Of a DNA stretch of 64,000 nt, positions 1 through 10,117 are shown piece by piece (position 1 is the first letter of the stretch; each line of letters opens with the position of its first letter). Source of the stretch: an uncultured Actinomycetota bacterium (GTDB lineage: Bacteria; Actinomycetota; Actinomycetes; Mycobacteriales; Mycobacteriaceae); contig CAVQTS010000010.1 of NCBI GenBank assembly GCA_963716465.1, positions 2,657 through 66,656 of the forward strand, written 5' to 3'. Under the pieces are notes generated by a model. The model was given only the letters and a program-made list of their open reading frames with translations. It was not told the DNA's origin and ran no database searches. The translations under genes were made by a program, and so were the position numbers.

Positions 1-259
1 ACACGAACGGCGCCACCACGAGGTCGCCGACCGCGAAGCCGCTGACCTCGGCACCGAGTTCCTCGACGATGCCGATGAACTCGTGCCCCATCCGCCGGCC
101 CTGATCGCTGTGCGGCATGGATCCGTACGGCCACAGGTCGCTGCCGCAGATGCAGGCGGAGGTGACGCGGACGATGGCGTCGCTGGTCTCGCGCAAGACG
201 GGGTCGGGCACGGTCTCGATGCGGACGTCGCCCGCTTGGTACATGACGGTTGCTCTCAT
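1..259 (-). CDS. zinc-dependent alcohol dehydrogenase, 5' part only (runs off the left edge)
   Basis: Translated by hand from the ATG at 259: MRATVMYQAGDVRIETVPDP...ACICGSDLWPY...MGHEFIG, containing the MDR-family CGSD and GHE zinc motifs. Confidence 0.9.
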   Translation of the reverse strand, partial: MRATVMYQAGDVRIETVPDPVLRETSDAIVRVTSACICGSDLWPYGSMPHSDQGRRMGHEFIGIVEELGAEVSGFAVGDLVVAPFV

Positions 260-310
260 GGACACCAGCCAACGCCTGTTTTCCGCGGGGTGGCAGTACC
301 TATCGTTCCA

Positions 311-325
311 GGTACCGGCAGTACC
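311..325. promoter_or_regulatory. putative operator GGTAC-N5-GTACC upstream of the dehydrogenase; degenerate copy GGCAC-N5-GTACC at 1257-1271 upstream of the regulator
   Basis: Palindrome seen directly in both upstream regions. Assignment to the adjacent XRE regulator is inference. Confidence 0.55.
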
Positions 326-327
326 CC

Positions 328-1221
328 TCAGCCCTTGCCGGGCGCGGCTTCAGATGGCAGATTCTCCTGGCTGGCGGCCCAGGAGGCGAGCAGCTTGAGC
401 CCGTCGGCTGTGGGGGTGTTGGCCGCCGCGGTGTAGATATTCAGCTGGAGGCCGGGTTCGGACGGTAGTTGCATCGCTTCGAAGTCGAGATCGAGTTGAC
501 CGACCACGGGGTGGTTGATGCGCTTGCGGCCGGAGCGGTGGAATCGCACGTCCTGCGAGGCCCACCGTTGTCGGAACAGTTCGCTGCGCGTGCACAGTTC
601 GCCGACCAGTGCGATCAATTGATCATCGTGCGGATTGTTTCCGGCTTCCAGCCGCAGCATCGCGGCCGCGTCGCGAGTGATCTGGTCGTAGTCGACGAAG
701 AACCGCTCGGCTTCCTGCGGATTGAGATACACGAACCGGGTGGTGTTGGCCGGACGGCGCGGGTCGGCGAGGACCGGGGCGTAGAGCGCGCGGGCGAGCT
801 GGTTCATCGCGAGTACGTCATGGCGGCCGTTGCGAATCCAGGCCGGAGCGTCTGTGATGGCGTCGAGTATCTGGTGCAACGCAGGTCGCAGGGTCCCGGT
901 GGTCTTGCGCTTGCGGCGGCTGCCGGGAGGTCCGGACTCCCGCGCGAGGGCGAAGAGATGGTCCCGCTCGGCCTCATCGAGTTGCAGCGCCGAGGCGAGG
1001 GCGTCGAGCACGGTCTCGGAGGCGCCAGCCAGGCTCCCGCGCTCCATGCGGACGTAGTAGTCGACGGACACGCCGGCCAGCATCGCGACCTCCTCGCGGC
1101 GCAGCCCTTTCACCCGTCGGTTACCGCCGTAGGCGGGCAGGCCGGCCTGCTCGGGGGTGATGCGAGCGCGCCGCGAACGTAGGAACTCGCGGATCTCGCT
1201 GGGTACATCCATGCCCGTCAT
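328..1221 (-). CDS. XRE-family HTH regulator with MmyB-like ligand-binding domain
   Basis: N-terminal EFLRSRRARITPEQAGL...GLRREEVAMLAGVSVDYYVRMERG; C-terminal RFHRSGRKRINHPVVGQL. Confidence 0.92.
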   Translation of the reverse strand: MTGMDVPSEIREFLRSRRARITPEQAGLPAYGGNRRVKGLRREEVAMLAGVSVDYYVRMERGSLAGASETVLDALASALQLDEAERDHLFALARESGPPGSRRKRKTTGTLRPALHQILDAITDAPAWIRNGRHDVLAMNQLARALYAPVLADPRRPANTTRFVYLNPQEAERFFVDYDQITRDAAAMLRLEAGNNPHDDQLIALVGELCTRSELFRQRWASQDVRFHRSGRKRINHPVVGQLDLDFEAMQLPSEPGLQLNIYTAAANTPTADGLKLLASWAASQENLPSEAAPGKG

Positions 1222-1774
1222 GTCTTTACGGTAGGTGCGGACGGCCAGTCCTGGGAGGCACTAGCGGTACCCCGAACGACCAGCGCCCTGCTCGGGACGG
1301 CTCTCCTGGCGACCGTAGAACTACGGTCGTGGTAGTAGAACTTCCTGTAGGTCAGATCGAAATCTGATGGTGCGCGGATGCCGTCAGAGCTGCTCGAACT
1401 GATCGGCCTACCGCCCCATGCGCGTACGCAGGCAATTGGTCGCGCGGCGAGAGCGAGCTGCTTTGGCCGGGCTCGATGCCCCCGGTGTGATGATCATCGC
1501 TTCTTGGTCTTCTGACCCTGTTTTTTAACGCCGTTCAGGCGTTCGGAGGAGGTAGGTGTTCCAGGGGTGCGGAGATACCGGCGCCTGGCTCAAGGGATTT
1601 GATCCTGGGTCGGAGTCCTCACCTCGGCGCCAGCAGCAGGAGTCCGTGGTCCAGCGGTCGGGATACGGCGATCGTGGTTTTGCCGCTCGAACCCTGTAAG
1701 TCGCAGGAGTCCCCGCCTTAATGGGTGACACCACCACCCGGAGGTGTCACAACCCCCTCATTAAGGAGGAAAAT

Positions 1775-2425
1775 ATGTACCCCGACACCTTCCGTCCCGA
1801 ACCCCGCTGCCATGTCTGCCGCGACGAGCAAGTCATGGTTCAGGTCAACGAGATGCTGGCCACCGGGTCGTCCCTTGCCGGGATCGTCCGCGCCCTCGCC
1901 GCCCACGGCTACGACGTGAGCCTGGACAGCGTGCGCAATCATGCGAACCGGCATTTCCCGGCCCAGAACGTCGCAGGGGCGATCTACCGCGAGATTGTGG
2001 AGCGGCGCGCCGCTCAGTGTGAGATCGACTTCGAGAACGGGGTGGCCACGGCGCTCACTCCGATCGCCTACATGGAGGCGATGATGGTCAAGGGTTTTCA
2101 GAACATGGTCCGAGACGACACCGAGGTCAGCCCCGAGATGGGGTTCAAGGCCGCGGAGAAGCTCCACAAGGCCATCGGCGGCACTGAGGACACTGGTGCG
2201 AAGATCTTGGAAATGCGGGTGCAGGTGGGCCGGCTCATTGAGGTGGTGAAGTCGACGGTGCCCGAGGAGTACTGGCCCGCGATCGCCGCCAGGCTTGAGG
2301 AGCCCGGGCCGGGCAGGTTCGACCTGGGTGGGTCTGAACCGGGCGAGCCGGACGAGTCGTGCGGTCCCACCGATGAGGTGATCGTGGTGCCGATCGATCC
2401 CGGCGAGGGCGACGACGACTTCTGA
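1775..2425 (+). CDS. hypothetical protein with N-terminal CxxC...HxxxH and HTH-like segment, acidic tail
   Basis: Strong SD (AAGGAGG) before the ATG at 1775; RCHVC...SVRNHANRHF. Confidence 0.7.
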   Translation: MYPDTFRPEPRCHVCRDEQVMVQVNEMLATGSSLAGIVRALAAHGYDVSLDSVRNHANRHFPAQNVAGAIYREIVERRAAQCEIDFENGVATALTPIAYMEAMMVKGFQNMVRDDTEVSPEMGFKAAEKLHKAIGGTEDTGAKILEMRVQVGRLIEVVKSTVPEEYWPAIAARLEEPGPGRFDLGGSEPGEPDESCGPTDEVIVVPIDPGEGDDDF

Positions 2426-2470
2426 TCGGCGCGGCGGCCCGGCCACCTCGGTGGTTGAGCAGTGGCCGGT

Positions 2471-2592
2471 GTGCGGCACATCGCCGTACTTACGCGGTAC
2501 TTACTCGAACTTACTCAGTCCGCGTACCTCGACGTGCCGCACATCGGCCCTGCTTCGACGACACCCCTGACGACAACGCCGACGACAACCCC
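2471..2592. repeat. structured repeat block: GTGC(G/C)GCACATCG x2 flanking three G(T/A)ACTTAC units, then 3 x 12-bp GACGACA(A/C)C units
   Basis: Seen directly: 2471-2483 and 2534-2546; 2486, 2497, 2507; 2557, 2569, 2581. Confidence 0.8.
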
Positions 2593-2680
2593 TCCGCGGG
2601 CGACGGTGCGGCCGGCTGGGGTGGCAGCCTCCCCGACTACGGACACTTGTTGACGACCTCGGACAGTGCATAAGAGCCAG

Positions 2681-2703
2681 ATAGCGCATCGAATAGCGCA
2701 TCG
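2681..2703. repeat. tandem ATAGCGCATCG x2, possible integrase arm-type sites
   Basis: 11-bp unit at a 12-bp period, about 70 bp from the 3' end of tRNA-His. Function is inference. Confidence 0.55.
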
Positions 2704-2774
2704 GGGATCCGGCGTAGCGAGTGGGCACAACAGAAAACCGCCCCTGAACAGGTCAGGAGCGGTTCTCCGCTTCC

Positions 2775-2849
2775 GGGTGGCTGACGGGACTCGAACCCGC
2801 GACAGCCAGGATCACAACCTGGTGCTCTACCAACTGAACTACAGCCACC
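2775..2849 (-). tRNA. hisT: tRNA-His (GTG)
   Basis: Minus strand GGTGGCTGTAGTTCAGTTGGTAGAGCACCAGGTTGTGATCCTGG...GGTTCGAGTCCCGTCAGCCACCC: cloverleaf, GTG anticodon, TTCGA loop, extra G-1. Confidence 0.97.
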
Positions 2850-2874
2850 ATTGCCGGAAACCGGCCCGTCGATA

Positions 2875-3511
2875 CTAGCCGCTTTCCCGCTCGAGGGCCG
2901 AATCGGTTCCGTCGACGCCATCGATCTGCACCGCCGCGGCGGCGATCTCGCTGGTAGACGGCCCCGGCGGCGGGACGAACGCGGTGCGGCGGTAGTACTT
3001 CAGCTCGCGGATCGACTCGCGGATGTCGGCCAGCGCCCGGTGCGCGAGACCCTTCTCCGGCTGGCCGTAGTAGATCTTGGGATACCAGCGCCGGCACAGC
3101 TCCTTGATGGAGCTGACGTCGATCATCCGGTAATGCAGGTAATTGTCCAGCGCAGGCATGTCGCGGGCGATGAAACCGCGATCGGTGGCGATGGAATTCC
3201 CGGCCAGCGGCGCGGTCTTGGCCTGCTTGACGTGGGTCGCGGATGTAGTCGAGGACCAGCTGCTCGGCGGCGGCCAGGTCGACGGTCGACTTGCGCACCT
3301 CTTGGGTGAGGCCCGACCGGTGGTGCATCTGCGCGACAACCTCGATCATGCCGTCCAGCGCCTCGTCGTCGGCGTGGATCACCACGTCGATTCCCTCGCC
3401 GAGCACGTTGAGCTCGGCGTCGGTCACCAGGGCTGCGATCTCGATGAGACGGTCGGTCCGCAGGTCCAGCCCCGTCATCTCACAGTCGATCCACACCAGT
3501 TCTTCGCGCAC
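2875..3511 (-). CDS. orn: oligoribonuclease, split by a +1 frameshift near 3234-3236 (probable sequencing error)
   Basis: N-half [11 protein letters not shown] and C-half [12 protein letters not shown]...[12 protein letters not shown]...[11 protein letters not shown] are in different frames; span is 637 nt = 3n+1. Confidence 0.9.
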
Positions 3512-3626
3512 AGCGCTCAAGAGTATGCCCACTCGGGCACGGGCGGCCCGTTCCACCCATCCTGAGGGCGCTGGGCCAAGTAGTGTCTTACCGGCCAACG
3601 CGCAAGGAAACACGGAGGATCGGGCC

Positions 3627-5204
3627 ATGACGAGCGAATCGACAGCGACACCTGCCCAGCAGATCGCGGCCGGCTACGCCACCACCGGAGAGGCGCTCGA
3701 CCTCGGCTCGGTCGTCGTTGGCGGTGTGGTGGATCCCGCGGCGCAGATCCGCATCCCGCTGTCGATGATGAACCGACACGGCCTGGTAGCCGGCGCCACC
3801 GGTACCGGCAAGACCAAGACGCTGCAGGTGATCGCCGAGCAGCTGTCGGCCGCGGGCGTGCCGGTGATGATGGCCGACGTCAAGGGCGACCTGTCGGGCC
3901 TGTCCCGACCGGGTGAGGTCAACGATCGCACCGCCCAGCGCGCCAAGGACACCGGCGACGACGGCTGGACGCCCACGGCGTTCCCGGTCGAGTTCCTGTC
4001 GCTGGGCACCGGCGGGATCGGGGTTCCGGTCCGCGCGACGATCTCCGCCTTCGGGCCCATCCTGCTGTCGAAAGTGTTGGGGCTCAACGCCACTGGGGAG
4101 TCCACCCTCGGGCTGATCTTCCACTGGGCCGACCAGCAGGGGCTGCCGCTGCTGGACCTGAAGGACCTGCGCTCGGTGATCAGCTTCTTGACCAGCGACG
4201 AGGGCAAGGAACAGCTCAAAACCGTCGGCGGCGTCTCATCGCAGACCGCGGGCGTCATCCTGCGGGCACTGGTCAACCTCGAGGCCGAGGGCGGCGACAC
4301 CTTCTTCGGCGAGCCCGAGATCGAACCCGCCGACCTGCTTCGCCTCGACGCCCAGGGCCGCGGCGTGATCACCCTGCTCGAACTGGGCGACCAGGCCGCC
4401 CGCCCGGTGATGTTCTCCACGTTCCTGATGTGGGTGCTGGCCGACCTGTTCACCTACCTGCCCGAGGTCGGCGACGTCGACAAGCCGAAGCTGGTGTTCT
4501 TCTTCGACGAGGCCCACCTGCTGTTCACCGACGCCTCGAAGGCATTCCTGCAGCAGGTCGAGCAGACCGTCAAACTGATCCGGTCCAAGGGCGTCGGCGT
4601 GTTCTTCTGCACCCAGCTGCCCACCGACGTCCCCAACAACGTGCTCTCCCAGCTGGGTGCCCGCATCCAGCACGCGCTGCGCGCGTTCACCCCGGACGAC
4701 CAGCAGGCGCTCACCAAGACGGTGCGCACCTACCCCAAGACCGACTTCTACGACCTGGCCACGGACCTGACCTCGCTGGGCATCGGTGAGGCGATCGTGA
4801 CGGTGCTCTCCGAGCGCGGCGCGCCGACACCGGTGGCCTGGACCCGCCTGCGGCCCCCGCAGTCGCTGATGGACACCATCGGCCCGGACTACATCAAGGC
4901 CGCCGCCCAGGCCAGCCCGCTGTTCCTGAAGTACGGCCAGACCGTCGACCGTGAATCGGCCTACGAGATGCTGGCGTCCAAGCTGGCGCCGCCGCCCGAG
5001 GCGGCCGACGGCACCGACCTGCCGCCGATCATGCCGACCGGCATCGACCTGCCGCCGATGCCCCGACAGGCCCAGAAGCCAGAGCCCGGCGTGCTGGAGA
5101 AGATGATGGACAACCCGGCGTTCAAGAGCGCAATGCGCTCGGCGGGCACGGTCATCGGCCGCGAGATCTCCCGAAGCATCTTCGGCACCGGCCGGCGCCG
5201 CTAG
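3627..5204 (+). CDS. HerA/FtsK-like P-loop ATPase (DUF853/YjgR family, Rv2510c-like)
   Basis: [15 protein letters not shown] Walker [11 protein letters not shown] Walker [15 protein letters not shown]. Confidence 0.9.
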   Translation: MTSESTATPAQQIAAGYATTGEALDLGSVVVGGVVDPAAQIRIPLSMMNRHGLVAGATGTGKTKTLQVIAEQLSAAGVPVMMADVKGDLSGLSRPGEVNDRTAQRAKDTGDDGWTPTAFPVEFLSLGTGGIGVPVRATISAFGPILLSKVLGLNATGESTLGLIFHWADQQGLPLLDLKDLRSVISFLTSDEGKEQLKTVGGVSSQTAGVILRALVNLEAEGGDTFFGEPEIEPADLLRLDAQGRGVITLLELGDQAARPVMFSTFLMWVLADLFTYLPEVGDVDKPKLVFFFDEAHLLFTDASKAFLQQVEQTVKLIRSKGVGVFFCTQLPTDVPNNVLSQLGARIQHALRAFTPDDQQALTKTVRTYPKTDFYDLATDLTSLGIGEAIVTVLSERGAPTPVAWTRLRPPQSLMDTIGPDYIKAAAQASPLFLKYGQTVDRESAYEMLASKLAPPPEAADGTDLPPIMPTGIDLPPMPRQAQKPEPGVLEKMMDNPAFKSAMRSAGTVIGREISRSIFGTGRRR

Positions 5205-6007
5205 TCGCCGCCCAGCTTCTTGTACACCGCGCCGACGATCGGGGTGACGATCGCGCGCGGCGCATAGCCGGAGGCCACCGACATCGCCTTCGACGTCACG
5301 CCCGGGACCACCCGCATCTTGTTGCGCTCCAAACCATCCAGCGAAATCCGCGCCGTGTACTCGGTGTCGATCCACAGGAAGTCTGGGATCAACCGCTCCA
5401 CCAGTGATTGCTCTGCCGGGTCGGGCAGCTCGGTGCGCACCGGACCCGGCGCCAGCAGCGTGACGTGGACGCCCGAGTCCTTCAATTCGCCGCGCAGCGA
5501 CTCGCTGAACGTGTTCACGAACGCCTTGGTCGCCGCGTAGGTCGCATTGTTGGGGATGGGCGAGTTGCCGGCCGCCGAGCCCGAGATCAGGATGCCGCCG
5601 GCCCCGCGGGCCACCATCCCCGGCAGCACCGCGAGCACCAGGTCGTGCACTCCCAGGACGTTGAGCTGAACCTGGGCCCGCTCGCCGGCCGGGTCGAGAT
5701 TGGCCACCGGCCCGAACGTCGCGGTACCCGCATTGGCGCACAGGATCGAGATGTTGCGCTCGGCCAACTCGTCGGCAAGCGCTGCGCGAGCCGCGGGGTC
5801 GGCGAGGTCGACGGCGCGGACCTCGACGGTGACGCGGTAGCGCTCGGTCAGACGTGCGGCCAGATCGGTCAGGACCTCCCCGCGGCGCGCCGTGACGATC
5901 AGGCTGTGGCCGCGGGCGGCGAGTTCGGTGGCCAGCGCCTCACCGATGCCCTGGGAGGCTCCGGTGACGACGGCTCGGCTGTCCGGTGAGGGTGCAGGGA
6001 CTGGCAT
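5201..6007 (-). CDS. cmrA: mycolate reductase, short-chain dehydrogenase
   Basis: TGASQGIG, YAATK catalytic motif, 268 aa, syntenic with Rv2509. Confidence 0.88.
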   Translation of the reverse strand: MPVPAPSPDSRAVVTGASQGIGEALATELAARGHSLIVTARRGEVLTDLAARLTERYRVTVEVRAVDLADPAARAALADELAERNISILCANAGTATFGPVANLDPAGERAQVQLNVLGVHDLVLAVLPGMVARGAGGILISGSAAGNSPIPNNATYAATKAFVNTFSESLRGELKDSGVHVTLLAPGPVRTELPDPAEQSLVERLIPDFLWIDTEYTARISLDGLERNKMRVVPGVTSKAMSVASGYAPRAIVTPIVGAVYKKLGGD

Positions 6008-6043
6008 GCGGACATCGTAGGGGGGCTGGATACTCTGGCCCAT

Positions 6044-7354
6044 ATGAGCGGACCCCGGGCGGCTCCCGAAACCGTCCCGCGGTCGAAGATCCTGGCGTGG
6101 GCGCTGTGGGACTGCGGCGTGACCGGGATGACCGCCATCGTGGCCACTTTCGTCTTCTCGGTCTACCTCACGAGCACGGTCGGCGTGGGTCTGGCCGGCG
6201 GCACCTCACCGGCCAGCTGGCTGGGCCGCGCGCTGACCATCGCCGGCCTCACGGTAGCGGTCCTGGCTCCGGTCACCGGAGTCGTGGTGCAGGAACCGCC
6301 GCGACGCCGGGCCGCGCTGACGATCCTGACCAGTCTGGCCGTGGTGCTGACCGGCGCGATGAGCCTGATTCGCGCCGAGCCCGCCTACTTCGCGATGGGC
6401 CTGGTGCTGCTGGCATCGACCGCGGCGTGCGGTGACCTCGCGGCGGTGCCCTACAACGCGATGCTGCGCCAGCTGACCACCCCGCAGAACTCCGGGCGCA
6501 TCTCCGGCGTCGGGGCGGCTGCGGGCTACCTCGGCAGCGTCACGCTTCTGCTGCTGGTCTACGTCGGCTTCATCGCCGGTAGCGGACCCACCCGCGGTCT
6601 ACTCGGAATCCCGACCGCCGACGGGCAGAACGTGCGCGACGCGATGCTGATGGCGGCCGCGTGGTTCGCCGTGCTCGCCGTCCCGCTGCTGTGGACCGCT
6701 CATACTTTCGCGCCCGCGGCCGAGGCGCGGGTCCGGGCGACCGGGCTGTTCGGGGGCTACCGGCAGCTGGGGGTGGACCTGCGCGCCGAATGGCAGCGCG
6801 ACCGCAACTTCGTCTACTACCTGGTGGTCAGCGCGGTCTTCCGGGACGGGATCGCCGGGGTGTTCGCCTTCGGCGCGGTGGTCGGCGTCAGCGTCTACGG
6901 AATCTCGCAAGCCAACGTGCTGGTGTTCGGTGTCATCGCCAGCACGATGGCCGCTCTGGGCGCCGTGCTCGGCGGCCACCTCGATGACCGGATCGGGGGC
7001 AAGCCGGTGATCGTCGCCTCGCTGTCAGCGCTGATCGCCGTCGGGCTGACCTTGATGACACTGTCGGGTCCGGTCGCGTTCTGGGTCTGCGGACTGCTGC
7101 TGGCGCTGTTCGTCGGACCCGCGCAGTCGGCGTCGCGCACGGTGTTGTTGAAGATGGCCAGCCACGGCAAGGAGGGCGTCGCGTTCGGGCTCTACACGAT
7201 GACCGGGCGCGCGGTCGCCTTCCTGGCGCCGTGGCTGTTCTTCGTCTTCGTCGACGCGTTCGGAACCGACCGGGCGGGGTTCGGCGGTCTGTGCGTCGTG
7301 CTCACGGCGGGCCTGGTGGGGATGCTGATGGTCCGGGTGCCGGCGGCTGCCTAG
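6044..7354 (+). CDS. MFS transporter (UMF1/Atg22-like, Rv2508c-like)
   Basis: WALWDCG, YNAMLRQL, about 12 hydrophobic segments, synteny. Confidence 0.88.
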   Translation: MSGPRAAPETVPRSKILAWALWDCGVTGMTAIVATFVFSVYLTSTVGVGLAGGTSPASWLGRALTIAGLTVAVLAPVTGVVVQEPPRRRAALTILTSLAVVLTGAMSLIRAEPAYFAMGLVLLASTAACGDLAAVPYNAMLRQLTTPQNSGRISGVGAAAGYLGSVTLLLLVYVGFIAGSGPTRGLLGIPTADGQNVRDAMLMAAAWFAVLAVPLLWTAHTFAPAAEARVRATGLFGGYRQLGVDLRAEWQRDRNFVYYLVVSAVFRDGIAGVFAFGAVVGVSVYGISQANVLVFGVIASTMAALGAVLGGHLDDRIGGKPVIVASLSALIAVGLTLMTLSGPVAFWVCGLLLALFVGPAQSASRTVLLKMASHGKEGVAFGLYTMTGRAVAFLAPWLFFVFVDAFGTDRAGFGGLCVVLTAGLVGMLMVRVPAAA

Positions 7355-8121
7355 CCGGCGCCGGTGCAGATCGTCAGCCCCCGGCCGGTGCGCTGACGCA
7401 CCTGGACACCGTTGACCGACACGCTGCAGGTGACGTCTTGCCCGACATTGACCACGGCCACGCTGGCCGAGCCGCGGGCCGGTGACGACAGGCTCACCTC
7501 TTTGCTCCACGGCAGCATCACGTTGAACTCGGTCTGCATGATGCCGCCGGTGTCGACGTAGGTGATGTTGATCGCCCGGCCGTCACCGCCGACGTTGTAG
7601 ACGACGGTGTCGGTGCCGCTGGGACTGGTGGTGTCGGCGGGCGGCACCGGGGTGCCGGGAGCCTCGGTGCTGGTCGGCAGCGGCGACTCCGACGTGGTGG
7701 GCAGCGGGAACCGGGACGTGGTCGTCGGGATCGAGGGCTCAGTACTGGTCCCGGTCACCGGCGGTACCGGCACTGCGACCGTGGATTCCCTCGACGAACT
7801 GGTCACGATGACCAGGGCGATGACCAGTCCGACCACCAGGAGCACGGCGACGGCGGCGAGGATCCACAGCCAGCGCGGTGACTTCGGGGGGCCAGGCGGG
7901 GGCTGGGGCGGTTCGGTGGGCTGGTAGCCGCCCTGCTGCCAGGACGTCGGCAGCTGCTCGGTGGGCTGAGTCGGTGGAGGCACGTAGCCGGGGCCGGTGT
8001 ACGGGGCTCCGTACCCGTAGTACTGACCTGCGTAGGCGGGGTCGGGGTTCGGTGGATAACCATTGCCGGCCTGCTGCGTCGGGTCGGACCACTCTGTTCG
8101 ACGCGGATCGTTCATTCCCAC
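7351..8121 (-). CDS. proline-rich membrane protein with C-terminal MmpS domain (Rv2507-like)
   Basis: Pro-rich N-terminus, one TM, then VVYNVGGDG...INITY...PWSKEV...VTCSVSVNG. Confidence 0.85.
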   Translation of the reverse strand: MGMNDPRRTEWSDPTQQAGNGYPPNPDPAYAGQYYGYGAPYTGPGYVPPPTQPTEQLPTSWQQGGYQPTEPPQPPPGPPKSPRWLWILAAVAVLLVVGLVIALVIVTSSSRESTVAVPVPPVTGTSTEPSIPTTTSRFPLPTTSESPLPTSTEAPGTPVPPADTTSPSGTDTVVYNVGGDGRAINITYVDTGGIMQTEFNVMLPWSKEVSLSSPARGSASVAVVNVGQDVTCSVSVNGVQVRQRTGRGLTICTGAG

Positions 8122-8221
8122 CTCATGCCTGCAGGCTACCGCCTACCGGCAACCACTCGTTTCTGCCCCGTTGGCCCAGCAACTTGTTTACCACCGGTTG
8201 GCTGCGTGGAACGAAGTACGG

Positions 8222-10054
8222 GTGGATCGGGACGTTCGGGCGACGTATGGCGCTTCCCTGTCGCCCGATGGCACCGCGTTCGCCCACCTGGTCGACGACG
8301 GCGGCTACCCACGGGCAGTGCAGCGGTTCCTGCGCGGCCGGCGAGCGTCCTCATCGCGCGACGTCGAACTGCCGGTCAAAGGACCGGTGACCAAGGTCGT
8401 CCACTCCGCCGACGGTCACTGGCTGGCCTGCCAGGTGGCGCCCGAGGGCAGCACCCGCACCCAGATCTGGGTGGTGACCACCGACCCGGACGACCGGCTG
8501 GCTCGCCGCATCGACGGCATGCACGCCGGTACGGCGGAATTGATCGCCTGGGACGGGGACCTCGTCTGCGCGATCCTCACCGGCGAGGACGGCATCGGTC
8601 AGTCCACACTCATCGACCCCGCCACCGGCGCGGTGACGGTTCTTGACCGCCGCTCCGGGGGTCGGTTGGTCGACGCGTGGGCGGGCGCGGCGCTGATCCG
8701 AGTCGGGCCACGCGGCTACCGCGAATTGATCATGCTGCGCGGCAGCACCGAAATAGCTTTGCTCCCTTCAGATCCCGGCTCCAGTACCGAGACCGGAGTG
8801 ATCCTCGACGACCACGCACCGCGACGGCTGCGGTGCGGTCACGACGGCGAGCACACAGCGCTGTATCGGCCGGGGGAGTACGTGCGCGCCCTCGTGCGCA
8901 GCGACAACGGCGCACGGCACACGCGACTGCTCGAGGTCACCGTGACCGCCGACGGCGTCGCCTACCACGTGGTCGCCGAACGCGACGGAATCGACCTCGA
9001 CGAGTTCGCGGTGAGTGACGACCTGTCCACCGTGGCGCTGTTGTGGAACATAAACGGCTGCAGCCAGTTACAGATCCTGGCATACGCCGACAACTCCCTG
9101 GGCGAGCCCATCCCGCTACCCAACATGGTGGCGAGCGAGCTGTCGATCAGCGCCGGCGGGTCGATGGTCGCGATGACCGTCGAAGGACCCGACCTGCCAC
9201 GCACGGTCGAACTCGTCGACCCACGCACGCGACAGTGGGAACGCATCGACCGCAAGCCGAGCACCGGGCCGGTGTCGGCCCCGCCGACACCGCACACGGT
9301 CATCGCGCGCGACGGCATGCGCCTGCCGTGTTGGCTGTACCGTCCACCGCCGCGCGTCGAACAGATCGGCGCGATGATCTACCTGCACGGCGGCCCGGAA
9401 GGACAGGCACGTCCCGGTTACAGCGAGATCTTCCCGCTGCTGCTCGACGAGGGCATCACCGTGTTCGCGCCGAACGTCCGCGGGTCGGGCGGATCCGGAC
9501 GCGAGTTCTGCCACGCCGACGACAGGGAGAAGCGGTTCGCCGCCATCGACGACGTCGCCGACTGCGCCCGCCACCTCGCCGAGACCGGGATCGTCGAAGC
9601 GCACCGGATCGCCTGCGCGGGTTGGTCTTACGGCGGATATCTCACGATGGCGGCGCTGACCTTCCATCCAACCCTGTTCGTGGCCGGCATCAGCATCTGC
9701 GGGATGAGCGATCTGGGCACGTTCTACCGGAACACCGAACCGTGGATCGCCGCCGCGGCCTACCCCGAATACGGCCACCCGGTGGCTGACCGTGAACTGC
9801 TCGAGGCACTGTCGCCGTTGCAGCGCGTCCAGTCACTGACCGCACCGTTGCTCGTGGTGCACGGCGCCACGGACACCAACGTTCCGGTCAGCGAGTCCGA
9901 GCAGATCGTCGAGGCCCTGCAAGCCCTGCGCCGACCGGTGCGCTACCTGTTGTTCTGCGACGACGGACACGAGATCACCCGACGGGAGAACCATGCGGTC
10001 CTGGCGGGCACGGTCGCGGACTGGGTGCGGGCGGCGTTGGGGTCCGATGTTTAG
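8222..10054 (+). CDS. S9 family (prolyl oligopeptidase-like) peptidase; start codon uncertain
   Basis: HGGPE, GWSYGG nucleophile motif, LLVVHGATDTNVP, DDGHE. Confidence 0.88.
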   Translation: MDRDVRATYGASLSPDGTAFAHLVDDGGYPRAVQRFLRGRRASSSRDVELPVKGPVTKVVHSADGHWLACQVAPEGSTRTQIWVVTTDPDDRLARRIDGMHAGTAELIAWDGDLVCAILTGEDGIGQSTLIDPATGAVTVLDRRSGGRLVDAWAGAALIRVGPRGYRELIMLRGSTEIALLPSDPGSSTETGVILDDHAPRRLRCGHDGEHTALYRPGEYVRALVRSDNGARHTRLLEVTVTADGVAYHVVAERDGIDLDEFAVSDDLSTVALLWNINGCSQLQILAYADNSLGEPIPLPNMVASELSISAGGSMVAMTVEGPDLPRTVELVDPRTRQWERIDRKPSTGPVSAPPTPHTVIARDGMRLPCWLYRPPPRVEQIGAMIYLHGGPEGQARPGYSEIFPLLLDEGITVFAPNVRGSGGSGREFCHADDREKRFAAIDDVADCARHLAETGIVEAHRIACAGWSYGGYLTMAALTFHPTLFVAGISICGMSDLGTFYRNTEPWIAAAAYPEYGHPVADRELLEALSPLQRVQSLTAPLLVVHGATDTNVPVSESEQIVEALQALRRPVRYLLFCDDGHEITRRENHAVLAGTVADWVRAALGSDV

Positions 10055-10117
10055 AGAACTGTCGGACGGGTAAAACCCTGTGCGCCATGTGGTGCGGATT
10101 ATCAAGGGAGGCTCACC

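Noticed and set aside
2471-2703. CRISPR array
   Set aside because: Units are 8-13 bp with no unique spacers of 30-40 bp, and no cas genes are present. The same applies to the relaxase-internal repeats.
3234-3236. Programmed frameshifting or a true pseudogene in orn
   Set aside because: No slippery heptamer or downstream structure is evident, and the same +1 pattern recurs in two unrelated genes.
3627-5204. HerA-like ATPase as an anti-phage HerA system
   Set aside because: It is the conserved core DUF853 gene between orn and cmrA, with no SIR2, NurA or DUF4297 partner.
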